The translations under genes and the position numbers were made by a program. A stretch of 64,000 nucleotides of DNA from positions 124,001 to 188,000 of the forward strand of contig NC_134031.1 of NCBI RefSeq assembly GCF_964204645.1. The letters are read 5' to 3'. Below, piece after piece: positions 51,180 to 64,000 of this stretch. Positions within the stretch are counted from its first letter, which is position 1. Each line of letters starts with the position of its first letter. The notes under the pieces are model-generated. The model did no database searches. It was not told the origin of the DNA and saw only the letters and a list, made by a program, of their open reading frames with translations. This stretch comes from Tubulanus polymorphus. Its lineage: Eukaryota; Animalia; Nemertea.

Positions 51180-54100
51180 TTAATATTTTCTGATAGGTAC
51201 AACATGAGCCTCAGTATTAAACACATATTCATCAATAGATAACAAACGTTCGTCATCGCTGAATAATAAATACAAATATTTCAAAGTTTCTCCCAAGAAA
51301 AAAGTCTCCATTTTATCTCTAAACGCGAGATTGTTCGGGTTTTTAACGTTACCGATAGCGCTGTATCCGCCGCTGTTTATTTTTGTATATTTTTCGAACG
51401 CTAGGAATATTTTCCAGCCCCATTCGCGATATTCGTTATTCTTTGTGATACGCCACAAATACATGAGACTTTCAACGGTTTCAGGTCGCAGTAAATTATG
51501 AGTGTCGGCAATCTGGAAAACACACTTTACTCAAGTCATCTCTTATTTTTGAGTTCTAATTCAATTTACTAAGTCTAATTTATCATTTTTATAAGTCATG
51601 ATCGATAAAATGATCGACTCCTGCAAGATTAGTTTTTATCATTTTGTCCAATTTATAAAGAGTTAAATTCAACCCAAATGATGAATATTTCTTACCTTGA
51701 CGAATATATCAGTTTTAGCGCCTGGTAACATATTAAAATGTGCGATTTCTGGACTCAAACCGGTCGGCATCTGAGCGTACATCTCATAACACGTTCTCAT
51801 CAGTTTCTTCGCTAAATCCAGATGCCACGACGGTAATCCATTGTGGTATCCTAACGCTAGGGTTCCGGGTAAAAAACAAACTAAATGATCCTACAAAATA
51901 AACAATACATGTACCTTCAATTTTAACCCTTTGTTTGTTAAACGCTATTTTACCGGTCAGAAACATGGAATTTACCATTTTAGGACTGAAAGTAAATCCA
52001 CCCAATAATTCACCGATAAACGTCAGTTTATTTTTACCGGTTTCGCGGACCATTAATTTTCTGACTCCTTCGATCGCTTGTAAATAATCTTCCTTCAACC
52101 TGAAATATCAAAATGGATAAAACAGAAACTTCGCTTAAACCACAATTAAGATATTCTCAGATACGAAAACATATTATAAATTACCAGTCGATTGTTTTTC
52201 CAGTTTGAATCCATTGTTTCAATAAATATTCGTAATAACTATCGGCACGCGCTCCTAATGTCAAGGTCGAATGACGGAATTCTCCTGTATTGGCGTTTAT
52301 AAACATCGGCACCAAACCTTCACGTTTCGATAGTTTATGAATATGTTTCGATACTTTATCAGCAGCTTCCTGAAAATATCGATATTTACATCAGTTATAT
52401 CACTAAGTATTTCATTAGATTTAACTATATTTGATAATTTTACCTGATATTTGATAATTTTACCTGATATTTGATAATTTTATCTGATATTTGATAATTT
52501 TACCTGATATTTGATATTTTTAGTTTCTCGACTCAAATCTTTAAATTCTATTTGAATAGAAGTGACCTCCGCTGTCGTGCTATCCGGTCCCCAACGCGGA
52601 GGACGCCCGGATCGAATCGCTAGATTCACATCAGAATACGGAATCGGGGAATGACTCGAGAACGCAGACATCAACCGATCTCCGAGATCCGTCTGAAAAT
52701 ACAATACAGCACAAAACCCTGTCAGTTAATATATACTAACGGTTATACGGGAGAGAGGGGTGTCAGGAGGGAGGAGGGGGTGTAAGGAGGGAGGAGGGGG
52801 TTGTTGGGAGAGAGATAAGGGGGTGTCAGGAGGGAGGAGGGGGTGTCAGGAGTGAGGAGAGGGGGTGTCAGGAGTGAGGGAGGGAAAGGGAAAAAAATTC
52901 TCACAGAATAAAACTTACCGCTTTTTGAAGGAATAAAGAATCATTTGACAGATGATAAGTGCTCAATAATCCTCCTAAACATCTAATGGTCGTCTCAAAT
53001 AAATTCACATCACGGTTCTTATCAAATGATAAAGATTCAGCGACCCACGCACGGGCATCTTGAAACTCTACAATTAAAACAATATTCATATTCAGCCGGG
53101 CATCTTGAAACTACTACAATAATGTTCATGACATCAGGACTCAATTCCTCTATTATCGGATAAACATTTTGTTGATTCATTTACAGTATTTTCATAGACT
53201 ACACTTTCTAAATAGTGATAACTGTACAACTAAGGGTTTCAGGTCCTGTATTATAACAGCTGATACAATGTAAATATGATGTAGCTTAATACATACAGTG
53301 TAATACATACGGTGTAATACATACAGCGTAATACATACAGTGTAATACATACAGTGTAATACATACAGTGTAATACATACGGTGTAATACATACGGTGTA
53401 ATACATACAGTGTAATACATACAGTGTAATACATACAGTGTGTAATACATACGGTGTAATACATACGGTGTAATACATACAGTGTAATACATACGGTGTA
53501 ATACATACGGTGTAATACATACAGTGTAATACATACGGTGTAATACATACAGTGTAATACATACAGTGTAATACATACAGTGTAATACATACCAGTTGTA
53601 AGATTCATGATATACATTGTATCCAATGCGTCTAGCAGAGTTAAACCAACATCGAACCATGTATTGTGTGATTTACTAATCGGCAATAATTCATCTTTAC
53701 CCCACGCGTAACGTCGGTAACCATTCCACGCGTGTTTAAACGCACCAATCACAGCGCGTTGTCTATCATTCTGAGCACCTATAGAAATACATCAATGGCT
53801 GCTGCTATTATTCACCCTATGACATCATCGACTCATCATTGATCTCACTTACCTTGAAAACGTATGGCACCAGTTTGAGCAGCAGCTACTGCTGGTGCTG
53901 CACCTACTGCTGCTGTATCAGGTGCAACTACTTGTAATTTATCAATCTATAAAATATTACAACATTTAATGATTATTTGAAGCAAGAATCAAAAAATAAA
54001 TATCTATTTCACTTTTTTTAGGCCTACCTGTTTTTTATTCGTTAATTTTGTTTTATTTTTACGATGAGATTTCTTAGTTAAATTCCATTTAGACTGAAAA

Positions 54101-54801
54101 TAAAATTGAGAGAGTGAAGTTGTTGGAAATCCCTTTAGCCCACCAACACCCGCCCGTTGCACCCGCCGACACCCGCCCGTTGCGCCCACCGACACCCGCC
54201 CGTTGCGCCCGCTGACACCCGCCCGTTGCCCGTACAGATACTTACAACAATACCGTTCACCTGCTGTTGAGCCTTTCTTTTCAATTCCTCGATATTCGGT
54301 ATTTTTTTCGCGAATTTCACCGAATAAACTTCGCCATTGTTGCCGTCTTGGCGGAGTCGTTTCCGTGACAACGCGATAATCTCGCCTCGTTCGAGAGAGT
54401 TAAAATCGCTATATATCGTGGGAATTATATAAACGGCGCAAACTAAACCCAGCAGTAGAATTATAGACAGGATGGATCTCTGTAACCGTGATAATCTGTA
54501 CCAGTACTACAAACAGCAGCAGCAGCACCGGAAATAAAAACCATAAAAATATCAGCGAGTAATAAATATACAAATTTACTGACACCTTTGTATCAAGACT
54601 TTATTAAACTTTTTATATGAACCACGGATTAAATACGTAATTAAATAAAGTGAATTGATCCATATTGGTTGGTAATAAAGTGAATTGATTTTGTTCTCTT
54701 ACCCTCCATACTGATTGTCGTGACGGTTTTCTAACATTTTTTGTCGATAAAACGGAATCAAATTGAGAGACTTCAACCACAGAATAATCTCGCTTCATCA
54801 T
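51180..54801 (-). CDS. MAN1B1: ER mannosyl-oligosaccharide 1,2-alpha-mannosidase (GH47), type II membrane protein
   Basis: W.RLSRLQR plus a TM segment; [82 protein letters not shown]. Confidence 0.95.
52427..52512 (-). repeat. 20-bp repeat of a splice donor (AAATATCAG|GTAAAATTATC)
   Basis: Four units; the real donor is at 52503. Confidence 0.9.
53287..53592 (-). repeat. 14-bp minisatellite GTATGTATTACAC(T/C) starting at a donor site
   Basis: About 21 units beginning at the intron's first GT (53592). Confidence 0.95.
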
Positions 54802-55864
54802 TTTGAACTGTCACACCATCAATTAATCATAAAAACACTGTTCTGATACATTGTCGTGTCATTTCTAACATTGTACCGTCTCGTGGCGCCATCTGCCGCA
54901 ATCCTGGTGAACCAAACAATTCAATTTCGCTTTATTGTTCTTGAATAAACGGTTTCCATATTGTTTAATTTTAGAATACAATAAACGTTGGTTATTAACC
55001 ACAGATTTATCTCCTATAAATGAGAAAATGACCAGAAATTTAAAAAACCACTGTATGCCATGTGGTGCCATCTAGGCGGAACAATTCAACCTTAAGTTCC
55101 GATTGCGGATAATGTGGAGTCACTTCCGGGAAGCGAAATAAAGAACTTTTTTGAAGGGGTTGATATGATTTTGTTATCTCTTATTGAACGTCATTGAGAT
55201 AAGGAGTGAATCAGGTTCTCGAGGTAAGGCCAGAAAAAATTATCGGTTCAATAATTGGGACGCGTGTCATGGTCAACTGTCGTCACGTATGACAACGAAC
55301 AACGTCTCAGTCGACTCTCAACAAAGGCAAAAAGTCATTCTTCTCTGACTGGCAATGAGCCAAAAAAAACTTTAACTTTTGTGACCGCGAAATGACAATG
55401 ACACAATGAGAGATATATTGATAGTTATTAATAACTCATGAAATCATAATCCGCCAGTGCAAACTGATAACAGCACAGCAAGTTTTAATTCATGGAATTC
55501 ATTCATCTAAGTCTAATCCAGGCAGCCGGTTATATAAGATTACTGATAGCTGTACTGTTGTGTGTTATATATTTCAGTGTTCAACTAGTGAATGCTCATA
55601 CTATTCTGTCAGGTCGGTCGGACAGGTGATACCAGGCGGACTAGAGACTAGCACTGACAGCAAAGACCAACAACAGGACTAGAGACCGGTACTAATCGCA
55701 AAACCAGCGGGACCAGAGACTGGGCACAGGGTCCAGCACAGACAAGAGACTGGCTTCATCGAGACTGCAACACAACACGGTTCATAAACCAGACTCAGAG
55801 ATATCTAAACCTGTCTCAAGAGATATCTAAACCTGTCTCAAGAGATATCTAAACCTGTCTCGAG

Positions 55865-58800
55865 ATGGAGTTAAACTCAAATCAATTGATATTTGTTTTA
55901 ATATCAATGATTGGATTATTAGAAATGAGCGAATGTGTGAATAACATGGATGGAATTTATTACACGGAACGGATGAATTTATTAATGAACTCCGCTGATA
56001 GTTTAAACACTGCTGAAGAGATTGACACTAAATTCACTGAGCTTTCATTCCATGAAGCTTTAAAACAGGGAACTATAGACCGTTTAAACAGCGGAGTATC
56101 GGCGTCTGCAGCGTCTATAGACGCAGGTCCAGCCGACGATTGGTTCTTTAATGTATCTGTAGATTGTTTGAATGATGTTGAGAGAATGTTTGAAGGTCTC
56201 GTAAACCGTGAAGCTTGGGCCAGTTCTAGTAAGTATTTATCTGCGCTCTCTTTCCTCTCCCTCTCCTTCCTCCCTCTCCTCTCTTCTCCACTCTCCCTCT
56301 TCTCTCTCCCTCCCTTCCTCCACTCCTTTCCTCCCTCTTTTCCTCCACTCTCTTCTCTTTCTTGAGTCCCTGTTTCTGGGTTTAACATAATTATTCAACT
56401 TTCTCTAATATCTCGATTTATCTTCATTCCAAATTTGACTAAAAAAGAGAAATTAACTTAACACCTAAACCCTTATAATGGATAAAACAAGCTATGACTC
56501 CTCAGTCCCTGATGCTATAAGATTGTTATAAGTGAATCACAGTATCTGAGCTGATTGTATTGGATTACCGTACTGTGCACTGTTATAGCGTATGATGTGT
56601 TAGCGTTGACTTGAACTTTGTTCAATGACGTTCAATGTCAAATACTGATTGTTTGAAGTAGTTGTCAGTGTCAGTATGTAGGACTCATTGAAACCAGTCT
56701 CTACCTTCTTCAATGTGTCGCCCTCATTTATAACAATAGTTCTCAATATACTCATTCAAATCATTGAGTTTTCAGTCTCCCTCCTGCAATTCTCTATAAT
56801 TGTGATCTTTTAGTTTCATGGTTTTAAATCTAATTGGTTCTGAACTAATCAATGTTATTGATAGATACTGTGGTCACAAAGGGTTGAATTGCCAATGCTG
56901 TGATTGGCTGGAACTGGTCACCTGATGTCAACAAACTGCCCTTAACCCTAACCCTAGCTGTGATTGGCCGCAGCTGGTCACCTGATGTCAACAAACTGCC
57001 CTTAACCCTAACCCTAGCTGTGATTGGCTGGAGCTGGTCACCTGATGTCAACAAACTGCCCATAACCCTAACCCTAGCTGTGATTGGCTGCAGCTGGTCA
57101 CCTGATGTCAACAAACAGCCCGTAACCCTAACCCTAGCTGTGATTGGCTGCAGCTGGTCACCTGATGTCAACAAACTGCCCTTAACCCTAACCCTAGCTG
57201 TGATTGGCTGGGGCTGTGGTCACCTGATATAAGCAAATAGCCCCCACCTAGGGTAAGCGCATGGCTAGCCCTAAACTGTAGCCCTAGCTTTGATTGGTTT
57301 AGAGATGATATAAACGTAGCTTTTTTGACTAACATGACTGAATGCGTATCCAGGCCACATCAAGGGTAAGGGTTGTTTATAGGTTGTAAGATTGTAAAAA
57401 GAGATGTATTGTTTTTGTAGTGTTAGATGCAACAGGAAAACCCGGATCCGGACTAAAATATGGAAATATAAACTGGTTGGGAAATTATGACGAATGTTTG
57501 AATATTTCTGAGTCTGTTTTAATTGATAATTCAACTCGTAGTAAACAGTTTGAAGGCCAGTATTGTACTAGTATGATTGGAGATGTAGCTCATATGAATC
57601 CATTAAACGTAAGCTCTTTCATTTACATCATTTTACAAGTTTTTAAGTGGGAGGGGGTTGGGGAGGTTTGTGAATATGTGAGGATAAATTGAAACATGTA
57701 TATATTTATTTTGCAGCCGCTGCAGGTGATCATAAAACTGGGAACTTGTTTACCTAAAACTTGTGATAGTAATGACACGAGGGGTCTCATCAATACAGGT
57801 ACGATATCACATCCCCCCCTAATCACCCCCTCCCCTCACTCCCTACAAGGGGTCTCATCAGTAGAGGTATGATATCACACCCCACCCCCTTGTCACCCCT
57901 CCCCTGACTCCCTACAAGGGGTCTCATCAATACAGGTACGATATCATATTCCCCCTAATCACCCCTCCCTTCACTCCCTACAAGGGTCTCATCAGTAGAG
58001 GTATGATATCACACCCCACCCCCTTGTCACCCCTCCCCTGACTCCCTACAAGGAGTCTCATCAGTACAGGTATGGTATAATACACCCCTAATCTCCCCCT
58101 ACAGTGGTTCCCCTCCCCTGACTCCCTACAAGGGGTCTCATCAATACAGGTTATATTATCATACCCCCACATGGGTCCATTTCCTCTCAATTTGATTCAC
58201 AATAATTGTTTTATATTTCCAGCTTTATCGACAGTTGGTGTGAATATAACGGCTAATTTCTTCGCGTGGTCCACGTGTAAAATACCGTATTCAGAATTCA
58301 AATATTCAAACACAGCGATCGCTGTCATGTGAGTCAACTGTTCTTTATATCATAACATTGTATTGTTTCTGACCCGATAAAAAAAACAACTATTTTACAT
58401 TCAAAAACTAAGATGAAAGGAGTCTACATCATTTGTAGCCAGTCTAATTAGTTCTACTTTTTGGAAAAATTTATTAAGGCCCTGATTTGTGCTAACACAA
58501 AAAAATGCTACTTTTTGACTTAAGTTTATCTGAGATAAATGTCTTTATTTTTGTTTTGTGTATTTATAGATCTGTGTTATCGGTTTTACTGGTTATTTTG
58601 GTCGCTGCGACCGTTTTGGACGTTTTAATACATTTGAAAGTCGACCGAGACACAAAAGTAGCGATGAAAATAGAGGTGAACCCAGAAAATGGAAGCATCG
58701 TGGACTCTGAAAGTGAAACGGCGCCGCTGTTGGCTAAAGATTTACGACACAAGATTGTACAACAAGAAAAATCAAAAGGTATAAAAAACAATTATTACCA

Positions 58801-61800
58801 GATTGTTTTATACCGTTTTTAAAGAGGTTTTACCCCGATATAGAAATCATTAACAGCTGATACTAGACTGAATTCAACTGTGTATATTGTGTATTATGAG
58901 GAATCACTGAGAATTGATTATTATTTAAAGGTGAAGATTTGGTTGAATTAGTGAAACAACAGTTTAGTGAGTTTAAACTGCTTTATTAACAACTTACTTT
59001 CTACAGTAGCTTCAGTTTATAGTTTTAGTCTCAATAGGCTTCATCTTATACGCTATAGTTCAAGCCCTACCCCCGCAGTGTGAGCCTCTTCAGTGTGAGT
59101 TCCCTAGGCTTCCCTCTTTGTAGGAGCCCCTCTCGTTCAATGTGCATCTCCTCTCCTTCAGTGTGCGCCCTCTATTGTACATGCATGCACTTTGACTATC
59201 CTCGACTCAATCTACTGCATCTGTTTTAACTAAATCGACTTCTTATAAATCATGTACTTGTTGCTGTAGTAGTGATGATGTCATAGGGTGATATTAAGGA
59301 AGCGACCATGTTGTATTTTCAGGTCTACCCATTAAACTGTTATTGTGTTTCTCAGTTTACACAAATCTAAAGAAGTTGATATCTACTCAAACCGGTTCTG
59401 ATGATTTAGGAGTTGTACATGGAGTCAGGTTTTTCAGTATGACCTGGGTTATTCTTGGTCATACTATTGTATTTGTAGCGTTTGGAGGTGGAGTCGGTGA
59501 GTACCTGATTCTCTAAATAATTGTACGTAAAGTGTTTATCTCTGATGATTATTTAAATGATTTTATTGTGTTTATTTTTAGAGAATCCGTTATGGTTTTA
59601 TTTGACTGAACTAAAAGACTGGAGATTTCAGGCTATCATTAACGCTACGGTCTCTGTCGATTCATTCTTTCTACTGAGGTTTGTAAAATACTACTGCCTA
59701 TAGAGGGAGTTAGTAGTGTGCGCTGTTACTAGTATCAGTACTCTGCCTATAGAGGGAGTTAGTCGTACATGTGTATTGTATTTTCAGTGGTATGCTGATG
59801 ACATATTTATTCATGAAACAGTTGGACCAAGTCGGGAGTCCGAAGAAAATCAATTGGTTAATGTTTTATTTCCATCGTTTTTGGAGGTAAAATTCCTTCG
59901 TACGACGCTAGCTCCTCGTGACCTTGAGCACGCGCTAAAGCTGTTGTTTATTTTACAGATTAACGCCGGCCTATATGTTAGTACTGATGGTATATGTTCC
60001 ACTGGGTCCGTATTTTAGTGACGGTCCGCTTTATCCACAAACTGAAGACGGTTTTGATCCGAATTGTAAAAACAACTGGTGGACGAATCTTCTGTATGTT
60101 AATAATCTCGTACATTCCAAACAAATGGTTAGTTTTTATCTTTCACTCACTCACACTGTACGTGTAGGGTTAGGTGCTCTGTTGGTCAATGCTGGGTCTT
60201 GATAATAATTGTGGTATTATGGTATGATAATGGACGGTATATAATGATTGATTGTGGTATACAGTGATTGTGGTATTTGGTATAGATGGTATGGTATATA
60301 TGGTTTGTATTTCAGTGTATGGGATGGGCGTGGTATTTGGCTAATGATATGCAGTTTTATTGGATTTCACCTATCGTTCTCATTCCTTTCTTCTGGTGAG
60401 TTTCACTAATTATGCAATAATTTCAATGGAATCTAAAGACATTGTATTAATAGATGATTTAAATGTATTGAAGGCACTGGATCGCAGGAACTGTGATGCT
60501 GTTTATATTGTGTATGATTAATTTCATTTCTACTGGTGTAATCGCTACCCAAGATGCAGCGGGAGCTACTTTATTGGATGGTGGAAAGTATGTACATCTC
60601 CTAATACGATATCTCACATATCTCTGTTGTTCATATCAGATATATCAGTTTTGCGATATTAGTATCTATCACAGATCTCAGAATTATAGAAATACATATA
60701 TCGGATACTGGTATATCAGTTTTGAGACATGAGTTTTGAGATATCAATATCGATCTCACATCTCTCAGTTGTTCCTATCACAATGTATATTATCTGATCT
60801 ATAATTTTCCGCAGTATCATCTATCTGATATTATCTACCTGTCTCAGATATGATCAGTGATATTATCTATCTGATATTACCTGTCTCAGATATGATCAGT
60901 GATATTATCTATCTATCTCAGATATGATCAGTGATATTATCTATCTGATATTACCTGTCTCAGATATGATCAGTGATATTTCTATTTTCAGTTCGTTTGA
61001 TGATATTTATATCAAACCGTGGTGCCGTGTCGCCACCTACGCTATCGGAATGTTTGTCGGTTATATTTTATACCGCACTAAACGAAAAGTTAAACTACAT
61101 TGGGTGAGTATTAACTCAACGGATTAACGCTAATCCCCATGGATTTTCTCAGTAGATTAGTACTAATCCCCATGGATTATCTAAGCAGTAATATGATGTA
61201 TGTTATGTTTTGTAGTTAGTAGCTGTTTTAGGGTGGTGTATTGCAGCTGTTTGTTGTCTCGCTCCTCTATACGGTATCTATTACTCTTATAATGGATACC
61301 CGTTGAGTCAAGTTGCTAGCTCCACCTATCAGGCATTGTTTAGAGCATCATGGGCTGTAGGACTCGGCTGGGTGATATTTGCTTGTCTAACCGGGTATGG
61401 AGGTAAGTGTTATACATTAATAGTTTTTTCTATTTATCAGACTCTGTTTTTCAAACTACTTTGGTTTTTGATTAATTGTAGGTATAGTGAATAGTATTCT
61501 ATCATGGAAAGCATTAATACCTCTCAGTAGGTTGACCTATTGCGCCTATTTGGTTCATCCTGTTATAATGTTTGTGGTATATCTCAGTTTGAGGAGACCT
61601 GTTTATGCTGACAATCTTTTTGTGGTAAGTAATAACTGATACTCATGACCCGGTACTCAGGACCCGGTATGGGATCATTCATTTATTACGTACGCATAGA
61701 ATTTGAATTGTTCAACCCCCCCTCCCCTCTGTACGCAAAATCGGCCAATTTTTCATATACATTAAGCATTACAGTACGCAATTGCATTGACCCCTCCCCC

Positions 61801-62109
61801 TTCCCTAATGCGTACGTAATAAATGAATGACCCCTACCCGATATTCAGGATCCAATAACCTATACTCAAGACCCGGTACTTAGGATACAAGAGTTCATTC
61901 CCTCTTTATTTCATTAATGCGAATCTGTTTCATTTTTGTAGATTTATTACTTTTTGGGTCATGTTGTAATGAGTTACATGGTGGCGCTAGTCGCATCGCT
62001 AGCATTCGAGTCACCGATGATTGGTTTAGAGAAACTTCTCCTGAGGAAACCACAGCAACAGCAGCAGCAGGTGCAACAATCGGCAACAATGAATAAATCA
62101 CATGATTAA
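55865..62109 (+). CDS. Nose resistant to fluoxetine 6 (NRF-6)-like O-acyltransferase, multi-exon
   Basis: Signal peptide; WA..MLDATGKP.SG...GN..WLGNYDEC (NRF domain); HGVRFFSMTWVILGH, VDSFFLLSG, HRFWRLTP, WWTNLLYVNN, WYLANDMQFY, YIKPWCR, LSRLTYCAYLVHP, FESP (acyltransferase-3 motifs). Confidence 0.92.
56897..57230. repeat. 60-bp minisatellite carrying TAACCCTAACCCTAG
   Basis: About 5.5 units. Confidence 0.95.
57780..58151 (+). repeat. ~68-bp repeat of exon end plus splice donor
   Basis: AGGGGTCTCATCA(A/G)TA(C/G)AG|GT six times; the first copy is the real junction (57798/57799). Confidence 0.9.
60815..60991 (+). repeat. ~42-bp repeat running into an acceptor
   Basis: ATCTATCTGATATTACCTGTCTCAGATATGATCAGTGATATT about 4 times. 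Confidence 0.85.
61670..61834. mobile_element. MITE with ~27-bp TIRs
   Basis: GGGATCATTCATTTATTACGTACGCAT ... ATGCGTACGTAATAAATGAATGACCCC, with TA on both flanks. Confidence 0.85.
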
Positions 62110-63357
62110 CGCGATACTTTCCTCCTGCGGACACCGAGCACCAAACATGACACATTGACGTCGTCTACAGATAATTATAATTATAATCATGTGATATTTA
62201 TAAATGTAATTTACATATTTTAATAATCATTCGTTTATGACAAAAAAATGCAAATCAGGGTCAATTTTTAAAATGTGTTTTTAATGAATCATGAATATAT
62301 TGATGTGTTTTGGAAATTATATGAATATTTGAATATTATTTATAGATTCGACTAGGCTTAGTAAGGATCAAAATAAGATTAGTTTGGAGGGAGGATTGAG
62401 GGAATGTTGTATTATGGTAATTTGAATAATGTTTGGATATTTTGAATAATTGATAATTGTGAGATGGTAAGGGAGGGAGGGCAGAAGTTTTAGAATCACT
62501 TTATATTATCACCAGAGTTAATATTATTTCACCTCAATATTAAATATTATAAAATGGCTTCATTTAATCAATGATTTATTTAATGATCTAATTTTCGAGT
62601 GAATTCAATTATTATCAGATTTCTAATTTTGGCTGTCGATCGTTTTGTTAATTGTGATATCATGTATTGAAATGTTTGAATTTGATGAATAAAATAAACC
62701 TGACAGTTTTTACTACATAATTATAACTTATTGTCAGTCTGGTTAAATTGAATAAGGAGAGTTCTTTGAAGACGTCCCCGGTCCAGCTGGGTCGACTCCC
62801 GCGCCAGCTCTAGTTCGGTTCAGCTCAGAAGTCCGCCGGCCCAGACAGTACGGGTTAGCTCAGTCACTGAGCTCTGCTCTGCCAAGTTGGATGCAAATTG
62901 CTAGGAAAAAACCCTAAATCAAACCAGATCTATTAATCAGATAGTTAATGGAGACAAATATATCAAAAAGAGAAATATCCAATGCTGTCCGGCCCGCTTT
63001 TTTTATTTTTGTCCGGTTCGTTGCCACAATCAATTCCGTTACTCAGTCCGCGCATCCTCCTGCCATCTTGCGGCAAATCAGTGAACTAACTCGTAAACAC
63101 GGAAGTGAAAAGTTGGAAAAACAACCGAGAAAAAGTTTTTAAAAGTTTGTTACTTGGTAGAGAATTGCTTTAACTTTAGTAAACGGGTGGAATAGTGTGG
63201 ATGAGTGGATAGCGATGTGTTTTATTCGCTGAGATTGAGACCGGCTCCGAAATATGCGCGCTACACACGGAAAAAGTTCGTTGACATTTTTTGAAGAAAA
63301 GGCGAAAAAGCCCAGATTTCTTGACAACTGATAAGATTAAATGAATTCTGAGGTAAA

Positions 63358-64000
63358 ATGTCTGGAGATGATAAAACTGGGACTGGTACAGCTCCTCACG
63401 AGGGCAGCAGTAGAGCTGTGCCTTGTACAGCTCCTCACGAGGGCAGCAGCAGAAATGTTCAAGATTTAGTGAAGAAATTCTCTTCAGAAACAGATATCTA
63501 TGAAGATGATAAATTAACGACGTCAACATTTAAACAACAACAAATCAAATATTCTACTACAACAATAGAAACCAGTAGTACTAGTACTACATTCATCGGC
63601 ACGGCAACCAGATTAGGATCTCCGCAACAATCGATAAGACGACCGTATAAACAACATTCAATCGGTAGTATCCGTAGAAAGTTTGAGAACTCAGCAGCAG
63701 CCTGGGACCCAGCCCGCGACGCAGCCCGCAGCCCAAGGGCTGATTTACCATCTACCAGTACAGTTGTTAAAAATCAGACAACCACAGAAACGAGGAGTAC
63801 AGAGATATCAAGTGTAGCAGAGGTAGCTGAAAGCAGTCAGGTGCGCACTGTACTTGTTGAGGTAGCTGATAGTCTGAGTCAGGTACCCACTGAGACAACT
63901 GAAAGGAAGCAGGTGCAGGTGCCTGCTGATAACTCTTCAAATCGTAAATCTATTGACCTAATTCCAAATAAAAGTTTTTTACATTTCTCAAAACCGAGAC
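63358..64000 (+). CDS. 5' part of an uncharacterised Ser/Thr-rich protein (open to the window edge)
   Basis: ATG at 63358 opens a stop-free frame of 214 codons (MSGDDKTG...VQDLVKKFSSE...IGSIRRKFEN...). YY1-like (63062) and ETS-like (63100) motifs upstream. Confidence 0.7.
   Translation, partial: MSGDDKTGTGTAPHEGSSRAVPCTAPHEGSSRNVQDLVKKFSSETDIYEDDKLTTSTFKQQQIKYSTTTIETSSTSTTFIGTATRLGSPQQSIRRPYKQHSIGSIRRKFENSAAAWDPARDAARSPRADLPSTSTVVKNQTTTETRSTEISSVAEVAESSQVRTVLVEVADSLSQVPTETTERKQVQVPADNSSNRKSIDLIPNKSFLHFSKPR

Overview
Gene-dense window of a eukaryotic genome: an animal, probably an invertebrate, with short spliceosomal introns, no obvious CpG depletion and interstitial TTAGGG. The species cannot be fixed from sequence alone. 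Spliced genes in order: a C2H2 zinc-finger protein (-), NOP2 (+, with a U12-type AT-AC intron), CDC42 (-), an SLC7A4-like transporter (-), an intronless 166-aa orphan ORF (+), an SLC7A14-like transporter (+), HPS3 (+), MAN1B1 (-), an NRF-6-like O-acyltransferase (+), and the start of an unknown ORF at the right edge. The non-coding DNA is dominated by roughly 40 young minisatellite arrays, mostly locus-specific, plus several MITE-like inverted-repeat elements, tRNA-derived elements abutting telomeric repeats, and a ~2.3-kb tandem duplication of the CDC42 3' region. The most striking pattern is that many arrays are built from functional boundaries (splice donors, splice acceptors, start and stop codons, MITE ends), giving stacks of decoy splice sites next to the real ones. 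There are no prokaryotic features or CRISPR arrays. Gene names rest on recalled protein similarity, not on database searches. Exon coordinates were read by eye and may be off by a few bases.
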